Assembly: GCA_951406725.2 (NCBI GenBank)
Contig: OX597820.1
Location: 50,964,001-51,028,000 of the forward strand
DNA from: Octopus vulgaris
Lineage: Eukaryota
Reading direction: 5' to 3'
DNA length: 64,000 nt
Below are positions 11,930 to 26,799 of this stretch, one piece after another. Position numbers and translations under genes: made by a program. The notes beneath the pieces were generated by a model that searched no databases, was not told the origin of the DNA, and saw only the letters and a program-made list of their open reading frames with translations. Each line of letters begins with the position of its first letter. The first letter of the stretch is position 1.

Positions 11930-12370
11930 TGTTGGAAACCTGTTTAAATTTTCTGTTTCTGAGTGTTTGTGCAATTAAACTTTAACATTGTCATAACATA
12001 GCCGCACAGCGGTTTGAAAACAATGTTTCGGTTGTAATAATTATGTGTATATATTTGCCCCTCACCTACACTCTACACTAATTCATTCTTCAAACGAGCT
12101 TCAGAGTTACGATTCCCGAACGAAGCATTTCTGGGGAAAATACAAGCATCGTACTTCAAGTATTGGCTCTTATATCTAAGTTAATACACAGAAACATTCA
12201 GAAATCTATATCTATGTAAATGTGAGCATCATTGTAATTGTATGTGTGTGTGAACGTGTGCAGGTGGCTCTAGTGAAGGAAGAAATTCAGAGCAGCATCA
12301 GAACAAATCATTCTTTTCCATTAAATATATAAGTACTGCTGCAGTTATCAATAACTCTTGTCCCATTGAT

Positions 12371-12440
<70 letters not shown>

Positions 12441-12598
12441 ATGTATATATATAAGAAATAGTGATTCGACAAGGCCCAGTGGAAATCTGGAAATGGCAGT
12501 CTACAAAGATACGACGCTATGTAAAGCCTCAATTTGCGGTGATTTGTTTGCCTGGTATGTGATACTATTGTATTGCAATGATAGTTTAAATTTTAATT

Positions 12599-12758
12599 GG
12601 AGTGGCTGTGTGGTAAGTAGCTTGCTTAACAACCACGTGGTTCCGGGTTCAGTCCCACTACGTGGTACCTTGGGCGAATGTCTTCTACTATAGCCTCAGG
12701 CCTACCGAAGCCTTGTGAGTGGATTTGGTAGACAGAAACTGAAAAAAAGCCCGTCGGA

Positions 12759-12821
<63 letters not shown>

Positions 12822-13051
12822 AAGTGTGTGTATATGTTAGCGTATCTTTGTTTGCCCTCCCCATCCCAAGATCGGTTGACAACCGATGCTAGTGTGTTTA
12901 CGTCCCTGTATCTTAGCGGTTCGACAAAAGTGACCGGCAGAATAAGTACTAGGCTTAAAAAGAATAAGTCCTAGGGCCGATTTTCTCGACTAAAGGCGGT
13001 GTTCCAGCATGGCCGCAGTCAAATGACTGAAACAAGTAAAAGAGAGTAAGA
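12599..13051 (+). mobile_element. tRNA-derived SINE family C with internal (TA)n(TG)n
   Basis: Head ggagtggctgtgtggtaag...gggttcagtcccac (A/B-box-like), internal microsatellite 12759-12835, tail gactgaaacaagtaaaagagagtaagag. Confidence 0.85.
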
Positions 13052-13147
13052 GTATATACATATATAGAACAATGGGACAACGAAGCACTAATATTTACTG
13101 GCAATGGTAGTCGATATATATATATATATATATATAGTAAAAGTGAT

Positions 13148-13420
13148 GAAGCATGGCTCAGTGGTTAGAACGTCGGGTTCACAAACATAGTGACTTCAAT
13201 TCCTAGACCGGGATGTGTATCGTATTCTTGAGCAAGACAATTTATTTGATGTTGTTCCAGTTCACTCAGTGTCAAGCTGTATCGGCATTTACCTTTCCCT
13301 TGGTGGCGTGGAGTGAGGAGTTTGGTTTGGAAAGGCAACTGTTGGTAGAGCTTGTGCTACGGAGGGGAACTTCTAAGTGCACTCCTAAGGTCACTCATGA
13401 CCGAAAGTGTGTCTTAGCCC
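13148..13420 (+). mobile_element. tRNA-derived SINE (family D, decayed)
   Basis: tggctcagtggttagaacgtcgg...cttcaattcctagaccggg head followed by cttgagcaagacaatttattt. Confidence 0.6.
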
Positions 13421-13739
13421 ATTTCGCTCTATATATAAAAGAATATCATCTATCGTCTGTGACTTCGAAGTTTTGGCCAGTTGAGCAACCTTTGGCAGTC
13501 TGACGTTGGAAGTTCCAATCAATAATATTCCTGTTTAGGAATTTGTACTCTGCAAAAGTATAATGTGATCTATCAGATAAATGTAAAAAGGTTTTACTCT
13601 AAACATTACCATACATAACATACACACACACTCGAGCACGCACATATATATATATAGATACATGTATGGCTGTGTCTATGTATATCTAACTTTTTATCAA
13701 TCTCTCTTCCCACCACTCTCTCTGTCATATATATGAATA

Positions 13740-13805
13740 TCTATGTGTGTGTGCTTGTGTCTGTGTGTATCTATATCAGTGTCTGTACATATATACATAT
13801 ATACA

Positions 13806-13862
<57 letters not shown>

Positions 13863-13970
13863 ATATATATGTATGTATATACATATATATACATACATAT
13901 ATACATACACATATATATATACATACACACATATATATATATACATATATATATATACATATATACATAC

Positions 13971-14011
<41 letters not shown>

Positions 14012-14080
14012 TATATATATATATATACACATGTTTATACATTTATAGTTATGTATACATACGTATATATGTGTGTATGA
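13740..14080. repeat. Degenerate (TA)n/(CATA)n microsatellite block
   Basis: Direct reading. Confidence 0.95.
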
Positions 14081-14326
14081 ATGTGAGTATGGTTGAATAT
14101 GTGCTTTGTCTGCGTATACATTGGTGTCTATGCCTGTACGGTATTTACAGTGTTGAAGCCTGATCATATTATAAGATTAGAAAGATCGAATTAATTATGA
14201 TTGGCACATACTTTAATTATGAATAATCATATAGAGATTGAATAATTCACTTGACATTAATGAGCCGTGTCTAACATACATCGTGCTCGTCCAACAACCG
14301 CATGCCAGATTTTTATCTTAAATCTC

Positions 14327-14362
<36 letters not shown>

Positions 14363-14753
14363 CACACATACACGCAGACACATGTGCATATACATACATT
14401 CATAAATATATGTAATGCACACAACACAGCTTGAATTAAGACTGATGCAAATTTGAATACTAGACAGCCATGGCTGTGATTGGAAATTATAAATTTGTCA
14501 GCGTATTCACTTTATACTATGGCGAATTGTGACAGACTTTTCCGCAGGTTTTTGATCGTCTATCCGAGCAGACGATAAATGTATGTTTACAACCACACAC
14601 GTGATTGCCCGTGCACACACACATACACACTTTCTGTACATCATTGCCTTCCGTATTTTCTTGGTTATTTTCCGGAAAAGGCATGTTCCCCCTCACCTAT
14701 TTTTGTTGTTTTGTCCCATTTTTCCCTCCTTCCCAATTATGTCTCCCTAACGA

Positions 14754-14973
14754 AGGCGCCGAGATTGTGGAATCATAACTGCGACGAACAAATAATGCTT
14801 AGCGGCATTTCTTCCGATTTTACGTTCTCAGTTCAAATGTCGCCGAGATCGATTTTGCCTTTCATCCTTTCTAGGCAGATACAATAAGTTTCAATTCGCA
14901 CTGGGGAGGATGTTATCGACTTATCCCGTCGCAAAATATGTCTGGCCTTGTGCCAAAATTTCAAACAATTATT
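14754..14973 (+). mobile_element. SINE family A, near full length
   Basis: aggcgccgag...atgcttagcggcatttc...tacgttctcagttcaaatgtcgccgagatcgattttgcctttcatcc...ggccttgtgccaaaatttcaaac. Confidence 0.85.
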
Positions 14974-15734
14974 TCTGACTAATTTCTTTATCGTATAGAG
15001 GAGGTATCAGTCAACTTTGCTAATGTTAGAAGATGAGTCGTTCATCCGTTTTTGACTCCACGACTAAAGATATTTCCAAGTACTATTCCCTGTCTTTTGG
15101 TTGTTAACGCTCTGAAAACTACCGTTTATTCTTCCGTTTTCCCTGTAGCTTTTCTTTATTTCACTTGATCATATTTTTACTATTCTACCATTGAATCGGA
15201 GTATTCGCTATGTTTGGCTTCGACAAAAAGAACAACTAGGTTTATACCTAGTAACATCAATAACATGACTTTTGTTTCAGCTTCAAATGGGAGTTGTTCA
15301 GTTATTGCTGTATGGCCTTCCGAGTTAATTAATAATTCGAAGATCATTTTCACGTCTTCTAACCAAAGATTACCTTTCCTTAATCCTACTTTGGTTTCTT
15401 TACCGTATTGCCACTCGATCATTACTAACGATGAAACTAGGTCATGTGTAATTTCCTTTATTGTAACTTTTTATATTTGCCTTATGGTGCAGTAATTTAA
15501 AATAGTTTCTCACGTGTCTTAAAGGGCTTGTTGCATTAATAGTCATAAGGGGACGATTGCTCGACTAAACTCTTCAACGTGGTGTCCCAGGATAGTGCAG
15601 TCCAATGAATAAAATAGGTAAACAATAAACGATGTGTAACACTTGTTTTCTGTATTACTAGAATTATTAATATTCATTTCCTTCTGTGTAATGGTAATGC
15701 CCATCATTCCAGAGGTGAATTATCCAAACCTCAA

Positions 15735-15910
15735 TGAATTCCTCTTAACACATGGTTATGATTCTCCCCCAGTATTTTTGCTCCTGTGCAGAGATCCACA
15801 TACCATCAACCGCTAAGGGACATGGTCAACTGGTTGAGGTTAAGCAACTGACAAAGAAATCTATGGTTTTGAGCAGAGTATTTGCAGTAACACATCTTGT
15901 ATACCAAGAG
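15735..15910 (+). mobile_element. Unclassified interspersed-repeat fragment followed by (ATC)n(ATT)n
   Basis: Higher-complexity island ending in trinucleotide arrays; family not determined. Confidence 0.35.
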
Positions 15911-15917
15911 AATTATT

Positions 15918-15921
15918 ATCT

Positions 15922-15986
<65 letters not shown>

Positions 15987-15994
15987 CATCATTA

Positions 15995-16089
<95 letters not shown>

Positions 16090-16092
16090 ATT
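15918..16092. repeat. (ATC)n(ATT)n array, doubling as the (TAA)n tail/target of the adjacent R4-type element
   Basis: Direct reading. Confidence 0.9.
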
Positions 16093-16094
16093 AT

Positions 16095-17795
<1,701 letters not shown>

Positions 17796-17796
17796 T

Positions 17797-17991
17797 TCTC
17801 TTCTTCTTCTTCTTCTTCTTCTTCTTCTTCTTCTTCTTCTTCTTCTTCTTCTTCTTCTTCTTCTTCTTCTTCTTCTTCTTCTTCTCATTATTATTATTAT
17901 TAGTAGTAGTATTAGTGGTAGTAGTAGTAGTAGTAGTAGTAGTAGAAGTAGTAGTAGTAGCAGCATTAGTAGTAGTAGTAGTAGTAGTAGT

Positions 17992-18065
<74 letters not shown>

Positions 18066-18066
18066 A
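17797..18066. repeat. (CTT)n(ATT)n(TAG)n(CAG)n compound array
   Basis: Direct reading. Confidence 0.95.
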
Positions 18067-18069
18067 CTG

Positions 18070-18275
18070 TGAACAGAAAAAAATCGTTAGCCAATCGGAT
18101 AAAATTCTTAGTGGCCCTTCATCCGTCTTTACGTTCTGAAGTTCAAATTACTCCCATCTCTTCGGAGTTGATACTATAGGTACCAGCTGAGCATAATGGC
18201 TGATGTAAACAACCTCCCTCCTGCCCCCGAAACCATTGGCTTTGCGCCAAAATTTGAAATTCTCACCGGTATTGT
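18070..18275 (+). mobile_element. SINE family A copy followed by (CAT)n
   Basis: aatcgttagc...tttacgttctgaagttcaaatt...gtaccagctgagca...gcgccaaaatttgaaatt. Confidence 0.75.
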
Positions 18276-18312
18276 TATCATCATCATCACCACCATCATA
18301 ATCATCATCTTC

Positions 18313-18344
<32 letters not shown>

Positions 18345-18774
18345 CATGACCATCATCATCATCCTCATCATCATCCTCATCCTCATCATCATCATCATCA
18401 TCAATTGCCTCAATAGTTTCATAGGAGATATTACCGCATAGCAAAGTGTTCCTGAGGTGTATGTAGTCTTAACTATCTTGGAGTAAGAAAGTACTTTTCG
18501 GTTACTACTGATTTCAATGCGGCGTTGGTGGGATTTGTGTTTTTAATGTTTATTCTGTAATTTTAACGTTTTGTCTTTTGTTGGTGATATGGCTTTGATG
18601 TTATGAGAGAGGCTATTATTTGAAATAAATGTTGCGTGTGTTGTGCAAGTCTAAGTAGGTGATGGTGTCAAATGTTCTGTGTTCGGTTTGCGTAACCGTA
18701 TTGACTTATATATCTGTGTACATGTAGTATTCCTTGTGTGAGTTGTTTTATAATATCGATTTCTTTACCAACAA

Positions 18775-18971
18775 TACCTCGTATTTGGAAAGGGCTGATG
18801 TAGTCTATTACATCATTTACAATAGTTGCCTGCTACGTTATTTTATCGACCCATGGCGGATGAAAGGTAACTCTAACTTCAATGTCATTTGAACTTCGGA
18901 AGTTAAGTCTTTACTAAATGTCGCAGTCACTTTTTTGTCCGATACTCAAACGTTTTTACGAATCTGCTGCC
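18775..18971 (-). mobile_element. SINE family A copy (decayed)
   Basis: ttattttatcgaccc...ggatgaaagg...atttgaact is the reverse complement of the family A core. Confidence 0.65.
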
Positions 18972-20929
18972 AAGAGGTGAATCATGATATTGGACTCTGG
19001 TTGTATGTATAATACTAATCGTACGCGTTGTGTTACAGCATTAGGATGTAATTACAAATAGAACTTATTGTGTGCGTTGTGCTATATTGTAGAGAGATAG
19101 CAGTCTCAGATATGTTGTGTATTTATTTGTGTTTTATATAACCCAGCTCGTTCAACTCACTCGTAGACAATACAATAAAATAACACAAGAATAACCTACG
19201 AGATGTTCTTTGTCTTGTCACTTGATGTGCTAGGAATACCAGTCAAGACTTCTTGAAATCACGTTATTACTCTGTTTTATCAATTAGTGAAGAATCATCT
19301 GGAGCTCAGCAACAACATCAAAAACGTAACATAATTTATGCATCAGATAATGAGTCAATCAATAATATATGCTATAATCGAGTACTGATGTTGACCGCAT
19401 CTATTACTCTTCTCAACAAGATATGTGCCAATAGCAGAAATCCATTATGGTTTCAGACGTGTTGTCTGAAACAAACTAATGTAACTTCGACAATCCCACT
19501 CGTTTAGTGAATTGAAAATATCTAACATAATGGAAAGTATGCAAAAGAAAAAAAAGTGAAAAGGAAAATTATATAAAAGAAAAACATATGAAGCAAAGCA
19601 ATTTTCGCTTTGCTGCAGTGTATAAATGTGTTCAATTAGAAAATCAGGTGGATACATGGTTTACTAAAGCGTGCATAGCTAGCCAGAATATTTTCACAAC
19701 GATTGTTAAATAATTTGACAGACACAGCGGGCTGTTACTGTTGCGGTATGATAAATTATTTTATAATGTGAATACATTAGTTCACAGAGAAAATCAGGGA
19801 ATAAAATTCCATTTAGTTAAAAAGTCAGCGTATTCGATTATTTTGGTGAAATGAATATTTCTTCTGAAAACGGAAAGCAAGATGAAATAAAATGATGTTA
19901 TTGCTCTGAATTTTCCATTGGTCAAAGTAGAGAATTCTTTCATTATCGTGGTTTTGGCATTTTAACGTCTGACATATAGAATGTCGGACTATATGCTTTA
20001 ATGTGTTTTGCTCTATCTGCATGTGTTATAGTAATTTTCACTCATGTCATTTTAGCCTTTGTATTCTCTCTCAGTAAATTCAATAACATGATACCTGTCA
20101 TGTCTTAGAGATATTTCAATGCAACAAACAGTTCCGTTACTAACTTGAAATGTTATCAACAGTGTGTGAATTCTTTACATAAAAATGGGGCAACCTACTG
20201 AGGTGTAGTTATGCTGGTCATCAATTTACTATTCACGTTAGTGTAAATAATGTTTAGTGTAAATAATATAAATTGAGGTTAAAGTGATTCAAAAACGCAG
20301 GTGTGGCAATGATATAATGTAACGTATACAATACACACATTCTCATTTACTAAATCATATGGTATCTTGAGATACCAGAGGCAACAAAGATTACAAGGAG
20401 AATGGAGTTGATGGTTTTTTTCTGAAATTCTGGTCTAGGTCAGTAGCTCCCACTAAGGTGGTCTTGAGATTATTCAGTCAAATGTCACTCTTTCAACTCA
20501 AGACAACTGAACTGATGTACTTAATAATTTCACAAATAAAAGTAATTTAGATCACATGAAATTATTTCGAATGAAACTGTTTATTATCCTTGTTAAGATA
20601 ATTGGAGTGGACTTGAAATATTGCTATGTTGCCCAAGACTGTGGAAACAGATTTACTTTAGCGAAAAAGAAAGGAAACATAGGAAAATGCTGAAATCAAC
20701 AATCGGAAATAATAGACACAGAGGTAAAAATCAAACGCATTACAAAGTGTACTGCGTTTGATTTTTTTAAGTTAAAATGTAGGCATTTATTTAAATTGTA
20801 GGCATATTCATAAGATTAAAGCGTATTTTTATTTGCTCTTTTCTGGAGGATTTATTATATCGTCTTTATTGTTGAAGTATAATGTATATCCAAATAATAT
20901 GCTGTAGGTCTATGTAAACTTCTAAAATG

Positions 20930-21610
20930 ATGAGCATCTATTATAGGCACAAGGCCGGAAATTTAAGGAGATGGGGCAAGTCAATTTCGTAGACTCTACT
21001 GCTCAAATATTATTCCCTTTACCGCCCTTGAAAGAATGAAAAGCTAACTGGACCCTGGCGGCATTTGAATTCATAATGTAATACCAGGTAAATGCAGCTA
21101 AGCATTTTGTCCGGCGCGGTACCAATTCTGCCAGCTAGCTGCGTTTTTACAGCCGTAATAATGTTTTCAAATTCTGGTACAAGGCTAACAGTTTCGGAAT
21201 AGGGGGTAAGTCAATTACATCGGTCCCAGTACTCAACTGGTACTTATTTTATCGAATCAGTAAGGACGAAAGAAAAAGTCGACTTCTGTGGAATTTGAAC
21301 TCAGAGAATATGCACGGACGTAATGCTGCTAAGCATATTACCCGGATCGCTAACGATTTTCCAATTCTCCACCTTTTTTTTTAGAGCTGTAATAATCCAT
21401 CCTAATAAAGGCACATGGCGTGAAATTTATTGTAGGGAGGGGAGTAGTCGATTACATCGACCCCTGGTTTTCACTGGTACTTAATTTGGGGAAAGCGAAA
21501 GGAGGAACGGCGGAGGTCGACTTCAGCAGAATTTGAACTCAGAACGTAGCTACGGGCGAAATATTGGCAAACATTTCTTCGAACGTGCTAAAGATTTTGC
21601 CAGCTCGCCA
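20930..21610 (-). mobile_element. Three head-to-tail SINE family A copies (~20930-21143, ~21156-21373, ~21390-21610)
   Basis: Three successive ggcacaagg/ggtacaagg/ggcacatgg ... atttgaa(c/t)tca ... (c)aattctgccagct/gattttgccagctcgcc units. Confidence 0.88.
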
Positions 21611-22086
21611 ACTTTTTGTTTTTAGAACTGAAATATTGGCAACACGTGTGTAATTACATTTAGAAATATGCATTTCAAGATCATCCATTGCTTTATATTA
21701 ATATGTTTAAATGTGATTTTAAAGGCTACCATTAGTAAAGCAGAGCACATTTAATGACGAATTCTTCAGTGAAAGAATGTATTGCCTAGAAAATCATATA
21801 TTTAATAGGTATTGAATATGATATATTTCATCTTCATTCCAAGATAAGATTTATGTATCCGCCGTTTTGTCTGTCTAGCTATTTATATCTCTTTCTTTAT
21901 ACATGGAAACACACAGATACATGCACACTTGCTCAATCACTCTAACTCACAGACTTTCCTTCATGAGAGTTAGTAGGGAGACAGTGAGAAATAGAGACTC
22001 CATGATAGAATGAGCAATGGAGAAAGAGAGAGAGAAAAAGATATAGACAGAGGAGGGAGAGAGAGAAAGAAATAGACAGAAGAGTG

Positions 22087-22136
<50 letters not shown>

Positions 22137-22758
22137 TGTAAAGGAGAATGGGACAAGTAGAGTCAAGCGGAGAACGAAAGAGAAAGCATGAGAGGGCAAG
22201 CTTAACAGGGAAGGGCGTTCGGAAACTGAATACGAAAAGTTCAAGGGATGGGGTATTATTACTTTTCCTTCAAAGGGATTTTGGAGTGTGAGTCAAGTTT
22301 TTGAGTATAAAAATTTTGCCTGTGCATATGGCGGCTGAAATATTTTCATTGTGTCAAGTTCCGCCATAATAACACGGCAGTTATTTAGATCAATTCTCTT
22401 GCCAGTGTTCCACTTTCTACATCTGTTGTGAGCATTTGCTTGTGGTTTGAAGTGTTAGGTGATCTACCCGCTGGCATCGCATGCTGTGCTTTCCTATTTC
22501 AACTGCCTGACATAGATTGCAAATTCTGTAATATTCTGCATTTTATTGCTCCTGAAGGACGTGACCCAATCTGACATCTCTTGAAAATTCTTCTTGTCAA
22601 GCTGATGGGAATTTCATGTTGGTTTGCCTTTTCGTTTGCTTACAAACATATGAACTCTCTTTCATAAGCGATAGGCTGAGTCTTACATAATCGATTCAGT
22701 GATCAATTGTTATGTGCTCTGCATTCATCTACAGCCTACGTGGGCAGATTAGTTAATG

Positions 22759-22795
<37 letters not shown>

Positions 22796-23229
22796 AGCAA
22801 AAATGCTAGTTCTAAAATGCTAGTTCTATATCTAATCATGTTTATTTCACTATATTTTGTTTTGTTTGCGCCGGTGAAGTTTTTACTGGCTACAATTAGG
22901 GAGCTCTTGTTATGTATACACACACATACACAAATTCTTTTACGTGTATGCATGCATTGCATATTATGCATATGTATTTATATTCATGAATGTATATTGC
23001 GAGATGAGAAACCTACACTCGACATACACATCTTTACTGAAATCGAAGCAACATTATCTTCGAAACTGGAGGAAAACTTTCATTGATATTCAAAGAAACA
23101 CTGAAGAGAATGGGTCATCGTGAAAAGAAAAAGTCACTCCTAAAGTGTTTTTTTTCCTATTCTTCAAAAAGGATAAGGTCACTGTGTCATTTGTTGTTCC
23201 TCTGGTAGACGAAAATGACACACTGTATG

Positions 23230-24415
23230 GTTGAGCTTCTGCAGAATTCCAGCATGGTAAATCCTGATAGCATCTGTGAAAGAAACCTTCAGCATACCTT
23301 ATCTAATATATCATTTGGCGCCCGGATATCATACCAGCTATTAAAGAAAAATTCAAGCAACTCAGTTGCAGACCTTGACATGTTTGCCGTAGAGTTCTGA
23401 AGGTGTAGCGACATAAAGTGGCACTACTCTCGCTATTATTTGGAGGAAATCACTGGACACTGCCTGTATTCCTGACAATATAGACAGCTTTCCCAGTCGA
23501 TTTTCCCAGTTTTCAAAAAAATGCAACAAATCGCTGGCGTTGAATTACCAATAGAACTCACTTCACATTACATCGAATTATTTGAGAAAGTGATGAAATC
23601 AAGAGTAACTCACTCCCTGAAAAGTAACATCCTTGTTATTCGCAACCAACATGGTTTCCGCAATGGCAGGGAATGCCTAACACTGTTCCTGCTTCACTTC
23701 AATAATGTCTTAAACGCTTGAGGAAGGGCTTCAATACAGCTGTCCTCTATATTGACTTCTGGAAGGCCTTCAACAGGGTTGACCATAGCATCCTATTTCA
23801 GAAATTAACAGACAAGTCTGACGGAAACTATTAAAGTGAATTGAAAATTTTCTGGTGAACAGAGCCGAGCATGTCATGATCTATGACGTTAGATCAATCT
23901 TAGTAAGGGTCATCAGACAAGACACTGTATAGGGCTGACAAAGCAATGACATCATTGAAATCATCAAACATAGCTGCATTAGAATTCTCGGGGATACTGA
24001 AGACAAACACCTTTCTTTTTAGCCAAACCTCATCTAAGTTTTCCTGGTTTAAATTAAAAAGCTGTTCAGGCTGGAGAAACAAATTATGGTTTCTGTGAAA
24101 TCTGTTCTGTCAAAAATCATACTCGAGGGACATCACAGTACTAAGAAGTATTTCCTCTCAAATAGCCTCGCTCTCTTTAACACCATCCTAAGATGCATTA
24201 GAGAAGAATAATATTTTGTGACATCCGAAGTGTTCCTTGTTGAATATCTCCAACAATTTTCGGATAAAACATATACATCTGGATGTATCCGGTATATAAT
24301 AATCATTTACACGAATAGGCTATAGCGCACAAAAAATGATTGTAATATAAAACATTATTATTTATCATTCCCAGTAGGTGCTATTAAGTAAGCTTTCTCG
24401 CCGAAACATCTAGGT
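23230..24415 (+). mobile_element. Decayed CR1-group (APE-type) LINE RT with internal deletion and 3' end
   Basis: Peptides IFPVFKK, RNQHGFRNGRECLT, YIDFWKAFNRVDHSILFQKL; 3' UTR ggtgctattaagt...cgaaacat shared with 44134-44921. Confidence 0.8.
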
Positions 24416-25000
24416 ATTATAAATGTATGTATATAAGCGTATATGCGAGTCTACATTTGTGTGCATGTACATATATATGTAATTCTGTATACACACAGAC
24501 TTTTGTGTACACACATAAACTTGTGTATGCACACATTTAAGTGCATGCATATATAAGTCTCATAACAAAATAACCAAAGATAATGGTGAACCACCGGGAG
24601 ATATATACGGGTCACAATAGTTTTTGCGTATAAAATAATTTAAGTTTGCATGCTGCTGGAATAAATATTATTTGACGTGGTTTGCTTCGGAGAAGGAGAA
24701 CCAGGAAGAGGAAAAGAAAGAGAAAAAAAAGAAGCATTTTATCTTTATGAAATATGGGAAGAATATCAAATTAACTTTTACGACTACGTGGGTGGTAAAG
24801 ACACGGAAGAACGAAGGAAGATACTGCCATATAGGCATCTAGGAGGTATATCCGTGAGCAAACATGCGTACGATGGAGATGTTAATACGTATACGACACG
24901 CTTACTATATAGACCTGTAGGCGCACGTGTATACATGTTGAAGTTCCTAGGTGTACATTAACGTATTAAAGTATTTGCTTAATAAAGTATTCTGTATTTC

Positions 25001-25047
<47 letters not shown>

Positions 25048-26799
25048 GGGGGGGGTATGTGTATGAATAAATAAATAAATATATATATATATATACACAC
25101 ATACATTCATACATACACATACATTCATACACAATTATGCAAAAATATACCAGATTAACAGATATAATCCTTAGCATATACGCAAATGATTATATGCAGT
25201 TGTGTGTGGATGATTCATGGTGTACATATACAGAAACAATGATATATATCCTCATATGAAAAGATACTTTGTGTATCGTACTTCGTGTTCGGGAAAGATG
25301 TTTAAGGAGATGGCTTGGCGTGTTCCAAACGTGCCACATTCGAGATACCATGGTTAAAATCCATTTATTACCCAGAACAACTCACTGTTTCACCAACGTA
25401 CTTCTGCTCGGAGGTCTCATTGTTTATCTTAACCCTCAACTATATATTCATATATAATCTGGCTTTGTACTTTCGTAGCGTAATACTTCACGACGGTATA
25501 AGAACTGAAAAAAAATCCATAGCTAGGTCCATAGTTGAAGTACGTAAAAACATTTAACGTAAAGATAGCAATATATGTATGTCTGTATGTAGAATTTCGT
25601 ATAACTATCTATCCGTCAGATTGTCTGTCTATCCGTCTATCTCTATATTTATATGCATCTCTTTGTGTGTGTGTGTGTATGTGTGAGAGAGAGACTATAG
25701 TACTATATAATGAGTGTAGTGTGTACATGTGTAGATGTTAACTGATGGATGTCAATGTTTTTAGATTGTGCAATATCCATCGGGAATTATGAAAGCTGTT
25801 TATCCAGTGACGTCCAAGACTTCCATTAAAAGCCTTCACGTCTCTACGAGATTACTGGACATAATCACTACAGTCACAACACACACATACACAAACACAC
25901 ACATGAGCAGAAATGTATATATGTCTATCTTCGTGTGTATGATTACATTTATCTTATATCTGTGTGTGTGTGTGTGAGTGTGGCTACATTGAATTAATAT
26001 GTTTATTACATAAAAGAGTAAATTTAGTATATGTGTATCTGAGTGCTTATAGATATAGAGTGCTTATATATAGAGAGAGAAAGAGAGAGAGAGAGAGATG
26101 GAGAGGGAAAGAGACCAATATGTATGTATGTTCGATGCATCATACATTTATGATAAAAATATGATATTCTTGTACTATGAGAATATTCTCCTTGCTAGTC
26201 AACAAGATCAACTCCATACGTTTTCTGAGCTAATCCCGGTGAATGAACTGAAATAGTTGAAGCATAGTATGCTTGGATCTTGAAGAAAGAACAGATATTG
26301 ATACTTTTACGAACCCTTAAATAAGTGGTTTATGTTTGCGCCTGTTCTGAATTATTTTATTTTACTAGAGGGGTTTCGAAATTTTCGAGTAAATCGTTCC
26401 TTCGTAGAATCAACTACAGCGAAATACTTGCTCCAAAATCTCCCGTTATCTTGAATAAAATCAATATAATTATACTTCTTTGCCAAATAGGGAGAAAAAA
26501 AAAATATGAGTATCAATAAAATTGCGATCGAAAACATGCTGACGAATTCAAAGTCTCTGACTATGATAAAACCCGTATTTGGAGTGTCTGAAGTGAATAA
26601 TTGCCCCTTTAATTATAGAATCCCAATATAGACTTATTTTCAAGGAAATAATTTTGAAATTTTTATATACAACTATGTTTTCGGGTTCCCCATTAGCAAT
26701 ATTAGATATATTCTTGAAAGCTCTCTATCTTCACTTACTTTCATTATATCCGGGTAATTTTATCATTCCACAGTCTGGCTTGAATACTTCATTAGCAAA

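Noticed and set aside
26190-26256. Minus-strand FIHRD after an acceptor-like tatttcag, reminiscent of the kinase HRDLAARN motif
   Set aside because: Immediately followed by a stop; no other kinase motifs nearby
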